A stretch of DNA of 61,591 bases, filler included. It is 4 parts of 4 records of this genome, joined end to end, with 100 filler letters (N's around TTAATTAATTAA, not from the genome) between each part and the next. Parts side by side here need not be neighbours in the genome. Positions count along the whole stretch, not along the records: positions 22,198 to 27,312 come from SRR31147125_6878; positions 27,413 to 43,349 come from SRR31147125_6880; 2 more parts are not named here. One strand, written 5' to 3'. Made by a program: the position numbers and the translations under genes. Within the stretch, counting starts at the first letter, position 1. Every line of letters begins with the position of its first letter. The notes beneath the pieces are model-generated. The model had not been told where the DNA came from, made no database searches, and was given only the letters and a program-made list of their open reading frames with translations. Shown here in pieces: positions 22,098 through 34,742 of the stretch.

Positions 22098-22197
22098 NNN
22101 NNNNNNNNNNNNNNNNNNNNNNNNNNNNNNNNNNNNNNNNNTTAATTAATTAANNNNNNNNNNNNNNNNNNNNNNNNNNNNNNNNNNNNNNNNNNNN
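22098..22197. other. Artificial contig linker
   Basis: N44 + TTAATTAATTAA (stops in all six frames) + N44, repeated identically three times in the window. Confidence 0.98.
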
Positions 22198-22440
22198 TTA
22201 TACAATACCGATGTAATGTTTACACACACCGGAGGAGGTTCACGCCCTAGAAAATTATCTGAAAAACTGGCAGGTTCGCTGGTTAATTTTATGAAAACCG
22301 GAGATCCAAATGGAGCAGGATTACCCGATTGGCCAAAATATAATGCTCAAAATGGATTAAATATGTTGTTGGATGATAATTGTGTAGTTAAGTTTGATCC
22401 CGACAGAGAAGCCAGAAATTTAATACCATCAATTATTTAA
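22198..22440 (+). CDS. C-terminal fragment of a type-B carboxylesterase
   Basis: LSEKL....VNFMKTGDPNG.GLP.WP.Y is the typical carboxylesterase-B C-terminus. 5' end is lost at the contig edge. Confidence 0.8.
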   Translation, partial: LYNTDVMFTHTGGGSRPRKLSEKLAGSLVNFMKTGDPNGAGLPDWPKYNAQNGLNMLLDDNCVVKFDPDREARNLIPSII

Positions 22441-22956
22441 TATGGATTTAAATATCTATGTGTTGCTGGAATGAATATTTAAGGGATTAATTATTGTAAT
22501 TCTTTGAGATACCTCAACATCTCGTCCTTTTATTCGAACAAAATAGCAAAGTTCTGTATGTTTTAGATTATATTTTTCACTTTGTTTTAATGAATTTAAG
22601 TTTGCTGTTTAGGAAGACTTTTGTTCTTTAATTTGAAGGTTAATCAAGCATGAATTCTGCTAGTTAAATATATTTTATGTTAAGCTAAATTATGAATAGT
22701 CAATTTGTATTATATGTTTGTAGTTTAGTGTTTTAGATTTGACATATCTCAATAAATTTTTTAAGATAAAACTAAAAAGAATGGACTCTAGAATACCTAA
22801 AATATGTTTTTTTATACTTAATTCAGTAGAACCAAATAATTAGGAAATGGTATTGGGAATTTTGGTTTAACGATTTTTTTGTTCAGCTCATTTCTATTTT
22901 TTTTGTTCATTTGGTATTATATCTTTGAAATTATATTCACAAATTTCTCAGCCTAA

Positions 22957-23554
22957 TTGAGTCAAAAAGAAATTGATAAAACTTTGGTAAAAGCGCTAAA
23001 AAATGGCGATGTTGCAGCATTTGATGCTTTATTCTCAATTTACGGAAATCGAATATATCATTTTACATTTGGTTATTTAAAATCGAAGCAGGAAGCCGAG
23101 GAGGTTGTTCAGGAGGTTTTTCTGCGAATATGGAGGAATCGTAAAGAACTCAAGCCTGAATTATCATTTAAAGCATATTTGTTTAAAATAGCCTATCATT
23201 TTATTTTAGAGTATTTCGAGCGAGTACGTCGTCAGCAAGCTTATAAAGATAAACTCATTGAAGAGTCTGTAAAATTTACACCTGAACTTGACGAACGATT
23301 GGATTATAAGGAATTATTAAATAAGGTTGAAAAGGTTATTGAAAATCTTCCTAAAAGACAAAAAGAAATACTTATTAAAAGAAGAAAAAGAGGGTCAGCC
23401 TGTAAAAGAAATTGCTGAAGAATTAGGCATTTCACCAAAAACTGTTGAGAATCATTTAACCGAGGCATTAAAAAATATTCGTCGGCAAATGGGCGAAAAT
23501 AATATCTCTGCGATGTTATTCTTCACATTGTTTTACGCCTTCGATTTTAATTAA
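22957..23554 (+). CDS. ECF sigma-70 factor (Bacteroidota type), homopolymer frameshift near 23385-23389
   Basis: AFDALF..Y, EAEEVVQEVFLRIW and region 4 (LP.RQKEI; KEIAEELGISPKTVENHL) are split between two overlapping ORFs. Removing one A restores KRRKEGQPVK. Confidence 0.9.
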
Positions 23555-23644
23555 AAAAATAAAAGTTGAATTTTTTTAATTTTTACTAGGGATTTTATCC
23601 TAAATGCCCTATAAGTATATATAAATTGAATCATCGTACTTTTT

Positions 23645-24688
23645 ATGGATTTAAATCAAAAAGTTTTATATCGGTTTTTTAAAGGAAATTACTCCAGACA
23701 GGACTACCAGAAAATAAAATCTTTATTTGCCGATGATAGTAAAAGATTTGAGTTAAGAAATCACCTGCAAAATCATTGGAACGATTTTGTAAAACAGGGA
23801 ATTGAGGAAGAGAATGTAGATCATCTATTAAAACAGATTCACAACAAGATTAAAGTTGAAGAGAATATTCAGAAAAATAATAGTTTTATTGCAGTTTTTC
23901 AAAAGATTGCAGCAATATTGATTATCCCAATTATTTTAACATTTGTTGCCCTTCAAATTTTTCCATCCAAAAAATTAATAAGCGAAGATATTGCTTATGC
24001 CGAAATTCAGTGCCCGCTGGGTGTTAGAACAAAATTTGAATTACCCGATGGTACAACAGGTTTTATAAACAGTGGATCGAGATTGAAATACGCTGTAGAT
24101 TTTACAAATGGACGACATGTTAATCTTACAGGCGAAGCTTTTTTTGATGTTGCCCATGATGAAAATAATCCATTTAATGTACAAACCTCAAACCTGAATA
24201 TTAAGGTTTTAGGAACCCAATTTAATGTAATTGCATATAAGGATGGTGAAAGTGAGGAAGTTATACTCAGTAAGGGGAAAGTAGAAATTTTTGATTTAGA
24301 GGGAGATGAAAGAGATATTCTGCTTCCCAATCAAAAGTTAATTTTAAATATTGAAGAGGGAACAAAACAAACCAAGTTTGTAGAAGCATCACAATATAGT
24401 GGATGGACAGAAGGAAAACTAATTTTCAGAAATGAAACCATGTTACAGGTTGCCGAGCGGTTGGGGCGTTGGTATAATGTCGATTTCAAAATTTTAGATG
24501 AGGAACTGAATAAATATACATATCGAGCAACTTTTGTAGATGAGTCGTTGGATGAAGTAATAAAACTGATGAGCTTAACAGCTCCGTTTTCAATTGAAGA
24601 ACAACCCCGGGAGATAAATAATAACATTTTTCAGAAAAGACTATTCTTTGTTAAGTTAGATAAGAAAAGGCAGAGTGCCTTTAATTAA
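23645..24688 (+). CDS. FecR-family anti-sigma factor
   Basis: One TM segment, LPDGT...NSGS.L.Y, V.L.GEAFFDV, VLGTQFNV, W..GKLIF and L.RWYNV. Lies between an ECF sigma and SusC. Confidence 0.93.
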   Translation: MDLNQKVLYRFFKGNYSRQDYQKIKSLFADDSKRFELRNHLQNHWNDFVKQGIEEENVDHLLKQIHNKIKVEENIQKNNSFIAVFQKIAAILIIPIILTFVALQIFPSKKLISEDIAYAEIQCPLGVRTKFELPDGTTGFINSGSRLKYAVDFTNGRHVNLTGEAFFDVAHDENNPFNVQTSNLNIKVLGTQFNVIAYKDGESEEVILSKGKVEIFDLEGDERDILLPNQKLILNIEEGTKQTKFVEASQYSGWTEGKLIFRNETMLQVAERLGRWYNVDFKILDEELNKYTYRATFVDESLDEVIKLMSLTAPFSIEEQPREINNNIFQKRLFFVKLDKKRQSAFN

Positions 24689-24691
24689 AAA

Positions 24692-24716
24692 AGGAGGGTG
24701 TTTGCAGCACCCTCCT
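24692..24716 (+). promoter_or_regulatory. GC-rich hairpin in the fecR-susC leader
   Basis: AGGAGGGTG-TTTGCAG-CACCCTCCT, a perfect 9-bp stem just after the fecR stop. Confidence 0.55.
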
Positions 24717-24776
24717 CAAAATCAAGCAGTGTAAATTTTTTATCGTAATTGTTAAACTACTTAATGTGTCAAATTT

Positions 24777-27312
24777 ATGAAAAAAAAACTGATTCGTGAT
24801 GCAATACTAAATTGCATTAAAACTAAAACTTGGAAAATTATGCGGTTATTTGCTTTTTTCTGTTAATGTGCTTCTCTCAGGTCTGGGCATCATCCAGCTA
24901 CTCTCAACAAACAAAATTAACGTTGAATTTAAACAGTTCAAAAGTTATTGATGTTTTAGATGAAATTGAGAACAACAGCGAATTTTATTTTCTGTTCAAT
25001 CAACGGTTTGTTGATGTGGATAGAAAAGTTGATATCAATGTAAAGGAAAAAACCATTGGTGTAATTCTGGATGAATTATTTAAGGAAACAAATGTCAATT
25101 ACCTTATTAAAGATCGTCAAATTGTTTTAACTACATTCAATGATGAATTAACTTCTGTCCAACAACCCAGGGAGATTTCAGGTAAGGTAAGCGATTCCGG
25201 AGGATTGCCATTACCGGGAGTTACCGTAATGGTGAAAGGCACAACCACTGGAACTGTAACCGGAGCCGATGGTAGTTATGTGCTTTCAAATATTACAGAA
25301 AATTCAATCCTCCTGTTTTCATTTGTGGGAATGAAATCTCAGGAAATAGTAATTGGAGATCAAACTGTAATTAATGTAATGTTGGAAGAAGAAACAATTG
25401 GTCTCGAAGAAGTAGTGGCCATTGGATATGGAGTTCAAAAGAAAAGTATTGTAACTGGTGCAATTTCGAGTGTTACAAGCGATGATATTCAAAGTTCTTC
25501 TATAACTCGGGCAGAACAAGCGCTTCAGGGAAGAACTGCAGGAGTGCAGGTTATATCAGCATCTGGCTCACCGGGTGCCGAAATGAATGTAAGAATCAGG
25601 GGTTATAGTTCTAACGGAAAGGCTGATCCTCTGTATATTGTTGACGGCGTAAAAACAAACTCTATAAGTTACTTGTCTCCACAAGATATTAGTAATATGG
25701 AGGTTTTAAAAGATGCTGCTTCGTCGGCCATTTATGGTGCTGAAGGAGGAAATGGAGTAATTATCATTACAACGAAATCGGCAAAATCAGGTTTCTCAAC
25801 TATCGATTACGATTTCCAATATACTCTGCAGAATATTGGTAAACTTCCCGGAGTGCTAAATTCTCAGGAATATGCCAATTATTACGGCGAAGCAGGAGCA
25901 TTTTCAATTGATCCGGGCGATGTTGGAAATAATACGGAATGGATGGATGAAATAACTGAACAGGGAATATCTATGCGACATTATGTATCATTCGCCAGTG
26001 GTACCGATAAATCAAATTTTTTATTGTCGCTTTCTTCCCTGGATCAGGACGGTATAATTGTAAAAGATAAAGATTCTTTTAAAAGGTATACTTTCCGGTT
26101 TAATGCCGACAGCCAGCTTAAAGATTGGTTAAAAATTGGAAATAACGCATCATTTGCTTACTACGAAAGAAAAGCAGTATCGGAAAATAATACTGGAAGT
26201 ACCGTTAACTCTGCATTGTTAATGGATCCTACAACACCTACGATTTATACGAGTGGTGTTTTACCAGGGCATGTTCAACAGATATATACCGATGGCAATG
26301 AACCGTTAAAAGATAAAGATGGCAATGTTTATGGCATCTCAAAATACATAAGTAAAAGTCCTGCAAACCCTTTGGTCGGTTTGGAACTTAATAAAGATCA
26401 GACCACCGGATATACTCTTCAGGGAAATATGTTTGCTGAAATTAAACCTGTTGATAATCTTGTTTTTACAACCCGATTTGGATATGAAGTATCGCATCGT
26501 CTTCTTAAAGGTTGGGATCCAACATATTTTTATAATTCAAACAATAATTATAATCTGCAAACGGTTGTCGCACAAAACATGACAGACGGTACTTTCTGGC
26601 AATGGGAAAATTTTGTTAGTTATACCAATACTTTTTCAGAGGATCATAATTTGAATGTTTTATTAGGTATGTCGGCCGAATCGAGGATGACCAGAATTAC
26701 TAATGCAACAGGTGAATTACAATGATTAAAGAAGATGAAAATTATGCAGAATTGAGTTTTATTTCATCTCAATCATCCGACTTTATAGAAGGGCAGAAAT
26801 TTCTTGATACAAAAGCATCCTATTTTGGACGTATTTCATATGATTATCAAAACAAGTACTTGTTTCAGGGTACAATCCGAAGAGATGGAGCAGGAAGTTC
26901 ATTGCTTCCAAAAGAAAACAGATGGGGTATATTTCCTTCATTTTCTGCAGGATGGAATTTTACAGAAGAAGATTTTTTCCCAGGATCATTTGTGAATTTT
27001 GGTAAATTAAGGGCAAGTTGGGGAGAAAACGGAAGCTTGTCAAACCTTTCGAACTATGGGTATAGTTCTGTAATTACTTCCACAAATCTACTTTATCAAT
27101 TGGGTGATGGCAACCTTTATACTGTGGGTGTACCGAACCAGTTAAATAATCCTCAATTAAGGTGGGAAACCAGTGTTCAAACAGATATTGGTATTGATTT
27201 GAGAATGTTTGACAGCCGGGTTAGTTTTACGGTTGACTATTTCAATAAGAAAACTACCGACCTGATTACTCCAAATACCCCTCCACTGGAATCAGGGAAC
27301 TCTGCTTCTGCA
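24777..27312 (+). CDS. SusC/RagA TonB-dependent transporter with N-terminal signalling extension; 3'-truncated, two frameshifts
   Basis: ATG 24777 (MKKKLIRDAI..TWKIMRL), frameshift at a T6 run near 24855 and another near 26715. Motifs LEEVVAIGYG, PLYIVDG, EVLKDAASSAIYG..G.NGVIIITTK, WGIFPSFSAGW and LRWET. Confidence 0.93.
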
Positions 27313-27412
27313 NNNNNNNNNNNNNNNNNNNNNNNNNNNNNNNNNNNNNNNNNNNNTTAATTAATTAANNNNNNNNNNNNNNNNNNNNNNNNNNNNNNNN
27401 NNNNNNNNNNNN
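27313..27412. other. Artificial contig linker
   Basis: N44-TTAATTAATTAA-N44. Confidence 0.98.
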
Positions 27413-27592
27413 AAAAACACCATCACCAGTATCTATAATACTTGCTGATACTGTCATTGAAACAGGTGCTACAGTAATTGTAGTTGTATCTATACTAAAA
27501 CCTTCACCATATAAATCAATATTGTTTGAACTTTCAATAGTTCTTTCTCCTTCTGCTTGTTGTCTAAACATTGTTATTACCGTTCTATTCAT
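27413..27592 (-). CDS. Phage tail-region protein, 3'-truncated
   Basis: Its ATG overlaps the upstream TAA (TAATG at 27590-27594) and the frame is open to the contig edge. Confidence 0.55.
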
Positions 27593-28704
27593 TAATGAGT
27601 ATAATTTTTACCTACATTTCAAAGTAATTTACTGTCAATATATACAAATGAAATTACATCATAAGCAGCATTATTAGCAGTTGTTTCAAAAGTAACAGGT
27701 GTTGAACCGTCACCGTTTTGTATATATGAGTTTGCAGGTAATGTTATTGTATATGATGTATCTGAACAATCAATTACTACAGTTCCATAATCACCATCTT
27801 CAAAATCTGTTACAACAATTGTTGTATTTGTACTAACTGTAAATGTTCAGTTATAACTAATATCAGCATCTAAAGTAAATGTACCACTACTAGCTGGTGC
27901 TGTCATTGTTGTTTTTTTCAAAGCATTATCTGTAGTTGATAAATAACCTGAATGAGTATGATTACCATAGGCTACAGTTGTTGAAGTTGTTCCAAAGTTT
28001 TTGTTAAAAGCTGAATTTTTAGAAAAACTATCTTCTTTATTATCAAATAATCCAGATAATACTAATGGTGTGTAATAGTCAACACCACTAACAGGAACAT
28101 TTGGTTTATTTTTAATAAAAGCATCTGAACTGGTTACAGTTACATTTCAATCACTTTGAACATTAGCTTCTGCATTACTTGGAGCGTGTGTTAATAGTGT
28201 GTGGTCGTAACCTAAATTTCAATCACTTATTCTATTATCAGTTGATAATATATAACCTGAATGTGTATGATTTCCCTGAGCTACTGAACCTGTTGTAGTT
28301 CCAAAGTTTTTGTTAAATGCAGTATTCTTTGTAAAACTATCTTCTTTGTTTTCTACTAAACCAGAAACTGTTATTGGGTCTAAAAAATCAACTCCCTCAA
28401 CTGGAATACTTGGTTTATTAGCAATATAAGTATCTAAACCACTATCTGTAATATTTCAATCTGATTGTACATTTTTTTCTGCATCACTTGGAGCGTGTGC
28501 AACTAAAGTATGGTCATAGGCTAAATTTCAATCCATTAATAAAGGACTAGCTGTTAACAAATATTCTGAATGAGTATGCTCTAATATAGCTGTATTATCT
28601 GTTGAACTTGAAGAAGTAGAACTTATTGTTGAAGTAGTGGTATTTATTCTATTATTCCTGTTAGTTTTAACTACATTTCTTTTATCAATATTTATTGTAC
28701 TCAT
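27592..28704 (-). CDS. Phage tail fibre-like protein, 370 aa with 6 TGA=Trp
   Basis: Absent from the ORF track. Open when TGA (28528, 28456, 28219, 28147, 27847, 27619) is read through. Two NVQSD[W]N...Y/FI.NKP motifs and three HTH repeats. Ends in TAA. Confidence 0.8.
27950..28580 (-). repeat. Diverged 309-bp (103-aa) tandem duplication inside the tail fibre gene
   Basis: HTHS.Y...D[W]NL.YDHTL..HAPS.AE.NVQSD[W]N...KEDSF.KN.AFNKNFGTT occurs twice. Equivalent TGAs are exactly 309 nt apart. Confidence 0.85.
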
Positions 28705-30850
28705 TATTCAAAACTTTTATTAATTTCTAAATTATCTTGTACTACTTCTTGAATGGTAATTGAACTCGAAGCATCCGTAAAATCTTGTACAACTCCTGAT
28801 ATGATAAAATTCTTATCTGGTAAAAATGTTTGATAAGTAATACAACCTAAAATAGAATTTAATCTATTAATATTTGCTGTTAATTCTATTCTTTTATTAG
28901 TGTAATTACTTACAATTGACCTTAATAATAGATTTTCAATATAATCGGTTTTACCCTCTCTTATTCAATCTTTTAAATAGTAGTATGAACCAGAAGTAGA
29001 ATTTAAACCAATTAAAGCAGCTTTTTCTACAGAATTATCTGTTTTACTTGTGCCTTGTAAAGTCGTTATTTCTTCCCCTTTATTTTTATATTTTGCATCC
29101 ATATAACCTACATATTCTACATCACTGGTATCTAATTCTGATCCATCAGAATTAACTATACTAATTACAATATCTTTTATTCTAACATCAATTACAGATT
29201 CTTTTATTGTAGTATAATTTGGTGTAGTTTCTGCTGTTGGGTCAACCATTATATCAAAATCATATATTTCAAACTCTAACATTCCACCTAAAATACCTAC
29301 TGTAGGACTTTCATATAATGGTACTAAATAATCAAATTCTCTTAATTCTAAACTGTCATTATAACCACCATTAGTACCTCATTTTTTAGATTTATTCAAT
29401 TATTATCTATTGAATTAAAACCACTTACTTTAGTACTATTATAGTTTTTAATTGTTCTTAATTCAAAATCTAAATCGAAGCTGTTAGTTAAATCTGTAAC
29501 ATTTTTTCAACCTGTATTAGTTGCATAAGTAGGATAACTAACTGTACTATGTCTTGTATATTGTCTATCAGATATTTTTAATTTACATCTTACTTTACCT
29601 TGATAAATGTTTGAAGTGCTTTCAAGTCCATTTAAGTCTGTAACAGTTCTAAAATACGCCTTCATTTCGACTTTTAATTTAGCATCAGAAGGTATAATGT
29701 AAGGTAATTCTTTTTGTAATTTAAAACTTAAACTTGAAGTTGAAACACCATTAGTATTATATCTTATTATTTTAAAATAACTATCTTCTTCTGTTGTATT
29801 GTCTGTATCACTACCAGTATAACTAGCAAATTTACCATTATTAGAAGCTACTCAATTATCAGAATTATTATATGTAAATTCATCCCATTTATAAGGACTA
29901 TCACCATAAGTAGTAGTAGTTATAATACCTGTAAAATCATCTGCTGAATAATCCAATAAATCAACATCAATATATGGACTGTATTTTATAATTTGTTTAT
30001 TGAAACCTGATACTACATTCATAGTTTGATTTTCAGAAGTAAATTTAATATCCGATAAATCACCTAAATCTAAATTTATAGTTTCAGTTGACACATAAAC
30101 AAAACTCGATGTATATTTTTTGAAAGAAGTATTAGTAGCACCTGCAATACTATGAATATCGGTTATATAGATATTAGCATTATCTTGTACAATTATTGCA
30201 CCGTATGGAATTAATATACTTTCAAGTACTTTCCTTGCTGTTTCTGCATCACCATCTTCATTATATCAGTTTTGATTATTGCAGTATGTTTTGTGAAATA
30301 TTGTTTCATCTAAACCAATGGTAAAATCTACATTAGTTGTAGAAATACCAACATAAATATTTTTATATGGCAGATTTAACTTATTAATTATATTTTGAAT
30401 TACTTCCCATTGTGTTGAAAGTGAAGTGTATTTATTTCCAGAATCATCTAAATAATTAATTCTTCCCAGTAATGCAAAACCATCTGTTCCAGTAAATGAA
30501 ACCGTATAATTTTTATTCTTACTAAATGGTTCTGAATATAATTCTGAATCTAAATAACCACACCAAATTAAACTACTTGCTTTATAAAATTTAATCTGAT
30601 ATTCTAACATATTAGCAGTATGTAAATCTATAAATTTTCTATCTGTTGTTGACAATAAATTTAAATCACAACCTGAACCTTTTACAGGTTCAAATAAATT
30701 TGTAGAAGGATATTCAACTGAAAAAGGTTTATAACTACCTGTAATTTCTTCTGCTGTAATTACTGTTTCTGTATTTTGTCATATTTCAACTATATAAGAA
30801 TCATTTTTAATATCCTTAAATGTGTAGTAATATTTTTTCTGTAATGCCAT
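28704..30850 (-). CDS. Large phage tail (distal/baseplate-type) protein, about 715 aa, TGA=Trp, one homopolymer frameshift
   Basis: Joins ORFs 30266-30655, 29852-30094 and 28965-29282 via TGAs at 30779, 30266, 29852, 29507, 29396, 29379 and 28965, plus one missing A in the run at 29382-29387. TAATG overlaps at both ends. Confidence 0.75.
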
Positions 30851-32715
30851 TATTTAAAATTTTTCATTCTTTTATTTTGATTATTTAGAACACCTACTAA
30901 ACTAGTACCATCTATTCTAAATTGTACTTCACCATTTCCAGTAGTGCCATTATTCAAAGCTTCAAATAGATTAGATTGTTGAGCTGCATTTAATATCATT
31001 TCACCACTATTTACCCTTGCTAAAATATTATCACCAGTAAATGAAGTTCCTGATACTATACCACCAGTTTCAAATTTAGGTATTGCTGCAAAAGCTGCCA
31101 TTACACCACCTACTGCTGTTGCAATAAATGCAGGTGATACAAATGCTGCTGCAAAACCTGTACTTAATGCTGACATTTGCCCAGCTTCAATAGCTGCACC
31201 AATTGCAGAAGCTAAAGACATTGATAATAACTGTAAAGTAGCTTCACCCATTTTACCTACAAAACCTTCTAAACCATCTTCTGCTAAACCTAAACCATCT
31301 AATACATTACCACCTAATGATTGAAAAGCTTGTGATACTGCACCACTTATAGCATTAGCTTTTTCTTGTAATTCTTGTGCTGCTGCATCATTAATTTTTA
31401 CATTAACTTCTATAGCTTGTTCTGAATCTTCAATTAACTTATTTAGTTTATCAGTTTCAAGTTTTAGTTTAACTGGTATTTCTGGTACTTCACCTTGACC
31501 AATACCTTCTAAAGGTTTGAAGTCTTTATAAGAATCTTCAATTACTTTTCTTTCAGCTTTTAATAATGATAGATTTCTAAGCTGTAAACTATTTACCCTT
31601 CTTTGTGTTGCTGATTGTTGGTCTAACCTTTTAGCTTCTATTTCAGAAACTTTAGCTATTGCTTCTGCTTCTGCATTTAAGTTTTCAGTATTTGACCTTG
31701 CATAAGTATTTTTTTCTACTTGAATATCTCGCCTTGCAGCAGCTATTTCTAAATCAGTTTTGAGTAATTTATCTTCTAATACTTGTGCCTGTTTTAATAA
31801 CTTTATTGCTTCTGCTGGTGAATCTAATTCAGCTTCCCTTGATTGTAATTTTAATCTAGCTATTTCAGCTTCTACTTTTGCTCTATTTTTTAACTGTTCA
31901 CGTTCTTTTAAATCGGTTTGATAAATCTTTTCAGATAATGCTGCTGATTGTTTCATTTCAGCATTATTCTTTTTAAATCATTTGTTAGTACTTTTTAACT
32001 GTTCATCTGTTAAACCTGTACTAGCTTGTAACATAGCTTTACCCATATTACCAGCAGCATCTTTAATTTCATTTTCTGCTTTAGCTATTTCTGCTGATTG
32101 GTCACTTCATATATTTTTAATAGAAGCACCAATTAATTTAAATGAACTTACACCTATATCTTTTAATGATGTAAAAAGATTACCTAAAGCTTCAATTCTG
32201 GTAACTATATTATCTTTTATTAGTTTTCAAAGATTTTGAATTGCTTCTTTTGGATTTTCAAAAGCAGCTATTATACCTTCACCTAAATCTGCTAATAAGT
32301 CTATAGCATTATCAAATAATACTGTAATAGGCATCCAGATTTTTCTAAATTTTGCTGCACCTTCTTCACTACTTGTAAATGCTGCAACTAAAGCACCAAA
32401 AGCAACAACTACAGCACCTATACCAGTACTTAAAAGAACCTTCTTAAATCCTTTTAAACCTGTAGTAGCAGAAGTTATAGCAGCTTGTGAAGCTTTAAAT
32501 AATGCAGGTATTGAAGATATACCACCACTAGTAATAGCAGAACCTACATCAGTAATAGCTGAACTAGTACCTTTAAAAGCACTTTTCATATCTGTATTAT
32601 GCTTTTTCTGCTTGTTCTTAAATTTACCTACTTGTGTATTTGCCCTGTTTAGTTTAGCAGTTAAATCATCTATTTTTGCAGTTAATTGTGTTTCTAAATT
32701 AAATTGTTTTGACAT
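30850..32715 (-). CDS. Tail tape measure protein, 621 aa, 3 TGA=Trp
   Basis: ORFs 32227-32715 and 30850-31956 are in the same frame, separated only by TGAs at 32227, 32107 and 31978. Ala/Lys-rich helical sequence with STGIGAVVVAFG and FETGGIVSG...ARVNSGEMILN. Confidence 0.88.
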
Positions 32716-33329
32716 TATTTTATTTTGTTTATAAGTCTAGTAGCATTTTCTAAACTCATTATATTTTTAGTATCGTTTTCTGTATCATCTACTTTATTAT
32801 CTCAACTAAATTGAATAACATCAGTAGGTTTAATTTTCTTTTTCATATTCACCTGATAAATTGAGTAAACTATCATTCTGGTTTGTTCATATCCAGTTTT
32901 AATATTTTCATCTAATGCTGTTACAACATCATTTAATTCATCTCAATCCATTTCATTTTTAAAGTATTCAGGTGTAATAGAAGTATTGGTAACTACCAAA
33001 CCAAATAATTTAGATAAGTGTACTGTTACTTTTTCTTTTTTTACTGTATCTGGTGTATTATTTGGAAATAATAATTTTGTAATAATTCCTATTATTTGTA
33101 TAAATAGTTCAGGGTTTTCATCTAAAATATCATCTATGAAAGATTTGTAGGAATAAGTAAAGTTTTCATTATTATATTGAAGTGAATAAAATGCTAACTT
33201 CATAATATCATCTTTACTATTAGCTTCTGTAATTGCTTTATTTTCTTCTTTTTCTCATAAAAGCATTACACCAAAACCCATTTTAATTTTATATTCTTTA
33301 CCTTCTATTTTTATTTTTTCTGATTTCAT
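32715..33329 (-). CDS. Tail assembly chaperone (gpG/gpT-like), 204 aa as assembled, 3 TGA=Trp
   Basis: Lies between tail tube and TMP. Starts MKSEKIKIEGKEYKIKMGFG, contains YEQTR and KKIKPTDVIQFS[W]D. TGAs at 33255, 32943 and 32802; ends in TAA overlapping the TMP ATG. Confidence 0.7.
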
Positions 33330-33357
33330 TTTTCTTTCTATTTATATGTAAAAAAAT

Positions 33358-33389
33358 AAACCCTATAATTAAGGTACTATAGGGTTTTT
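33358..33389 (-). terminator. Hairpin after the tail tube gene
   Basis: AAACCCTATA...TATAGGGTTT inverted repeat followed by a T-rich run on the minus strand. Confidence 0.6.
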
Positions 33390-33393
33390 ATCT

Positions 33394-33861
33394 TTATACT
33401 GTAACAACTGTTCTTACTAATTGTCCTGTTCCTTCAAATGAAGCAGAATAAGTAGCTAATTCACCAGCATTACCTGTATTTACTGAAACACTAGTAACAT
33501 TAACTGTTCCTGTATAATATACATTTCCAGCAGTTGTTATATCTAATGTATTAGGTGTAGTATTTGCATTTTTACTAGCTATACCTATAGCTACTTCTAA
33601 AGCAGTACCATTTAATAAAGCTTCATCAATTGTAACATATCCATTAGTTTCTGTAAAATCTATTAAACCACCTGTAGAAATGTTTCATTCTATTCTACCT
33701 GAAATACTTTCTTTATAATCTCCACTTGATTTACTTGTTATATCTAATTGTTCTCTTGAAATACTAAGTTCACAAGATGATGCACGTGCTAATACATCAT
33801 ATGTTGTACCACTATCATCAGTAGTAAATATTATTAAATCTTGTCCTTTTAAAATACTCAT
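33394..33861 (-). CDS. Major tail (tube) protein, 155 aa, 1 TGA=Trp
   Basis: Absent from the ORF track. MSILKGQDL...SCELSISREQLDITSKSSGDYKESISGRIE[W]NISTGGL...ATYSASFEGTGQL. TGA at 33685 sits at the usual Trp of the G-x-x-x-W-S-I-S motif. Confidence 0.88.
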
Positions 33862-33876
33862 TTTTTATATTGTTTT

Positions 33877-34278
33877 TTATTTGTTTAAATACTTACAGCT
33901 AAATTTTAAGCTGTTGTTATATAGTTCAAAATTTGAATCAAATCATTCACTATAATTATCGAAACTAATACCTACTATTTCCATAGTATCAGTTTCTATT
34001 TCTTTGTTTTCTAGTGATATTCTTATGATTTCACTATAATCTGTTATTTCTGTATATTTTTTAGCTAAAATTGCTATTGTAAATGAAGCTTCATTATATA
34101 TAAACATATCTTTAGTATATACAGGTGAAATAGAATCTACATCTACTACTAAATATGGTGGGCTAACTGTTTTATCAGTTGTATATACCACTACATTATA
34201 TATTTTATCTCCTATTTGTTCACTAACATCTGTATCATCTAATAGATGTTGTTTTATTGTTTTTCCTAAATCGAACAT
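33877..34278 (-). CDS. Tail terminator/completion protein, 133 aa, 1 TGA=Trp
   Basis: ORF 33943-34278 extends through TGA to TAA 33877. Position upstream of the tube gene; L.D..V...IG.KIY and PPY.V pattern. Confidence 0.7.
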
Positions 34279-34742
34279 TATTTATTTGCTTTTCTGTATA
34301 AACTATCAACTTCTTTTTCAATAGATTGAATAATGTAATTATGATATTCACTTTCAGATTTTTCAGAACCTTTTTCTATACTTGTACTTCAAAATTTAAT
34401 ACCTTTTACTTTGCCTGTATTCTTTTTAACACCTGCTTTAGTAATGTAACTTCTTTGCTTAGTACCATTTTCTAAAAAGTGTGCGTGTGAACCTTTATAT
34501 TTACCAGTTTTTCTAGCTCCAATAATTAAAACATCATCACCATTTTGTTTAGTTGCTTTTTCACCTAATGACCTATATAATCTGCCTTTTCTTTGATGTA
34601 ATCAAACTTTTTCTTTTGCTGATTTTAAGATAGGTTTTGAAATTAATCTTAATGCTTTTCTAATAATTTTGGTTCTAATTTTATCATCTAATCCTTTTAA
34701 TACTCTTTGAATATTTTCAACATTATTAACTTTTAAATCCAT
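34278..34742 (-). CDS. HK97 gp10-like tail component, 154 aa, 2 TGA=Trp
   Basis: Absent from the ORF track. IIRKALR...KPI...AK, G.LYRS, HAHFLENGT and KF[W]. TGAs at 34602 and 34389. TAATG overlaps at both ends. Confidence 0.8.

Noticed and set aside
26700-26760. TGA read-through in the contig B susC
   Set aside because: SusC similarity continues in a different frame, so this is a frameshift and not recoding.
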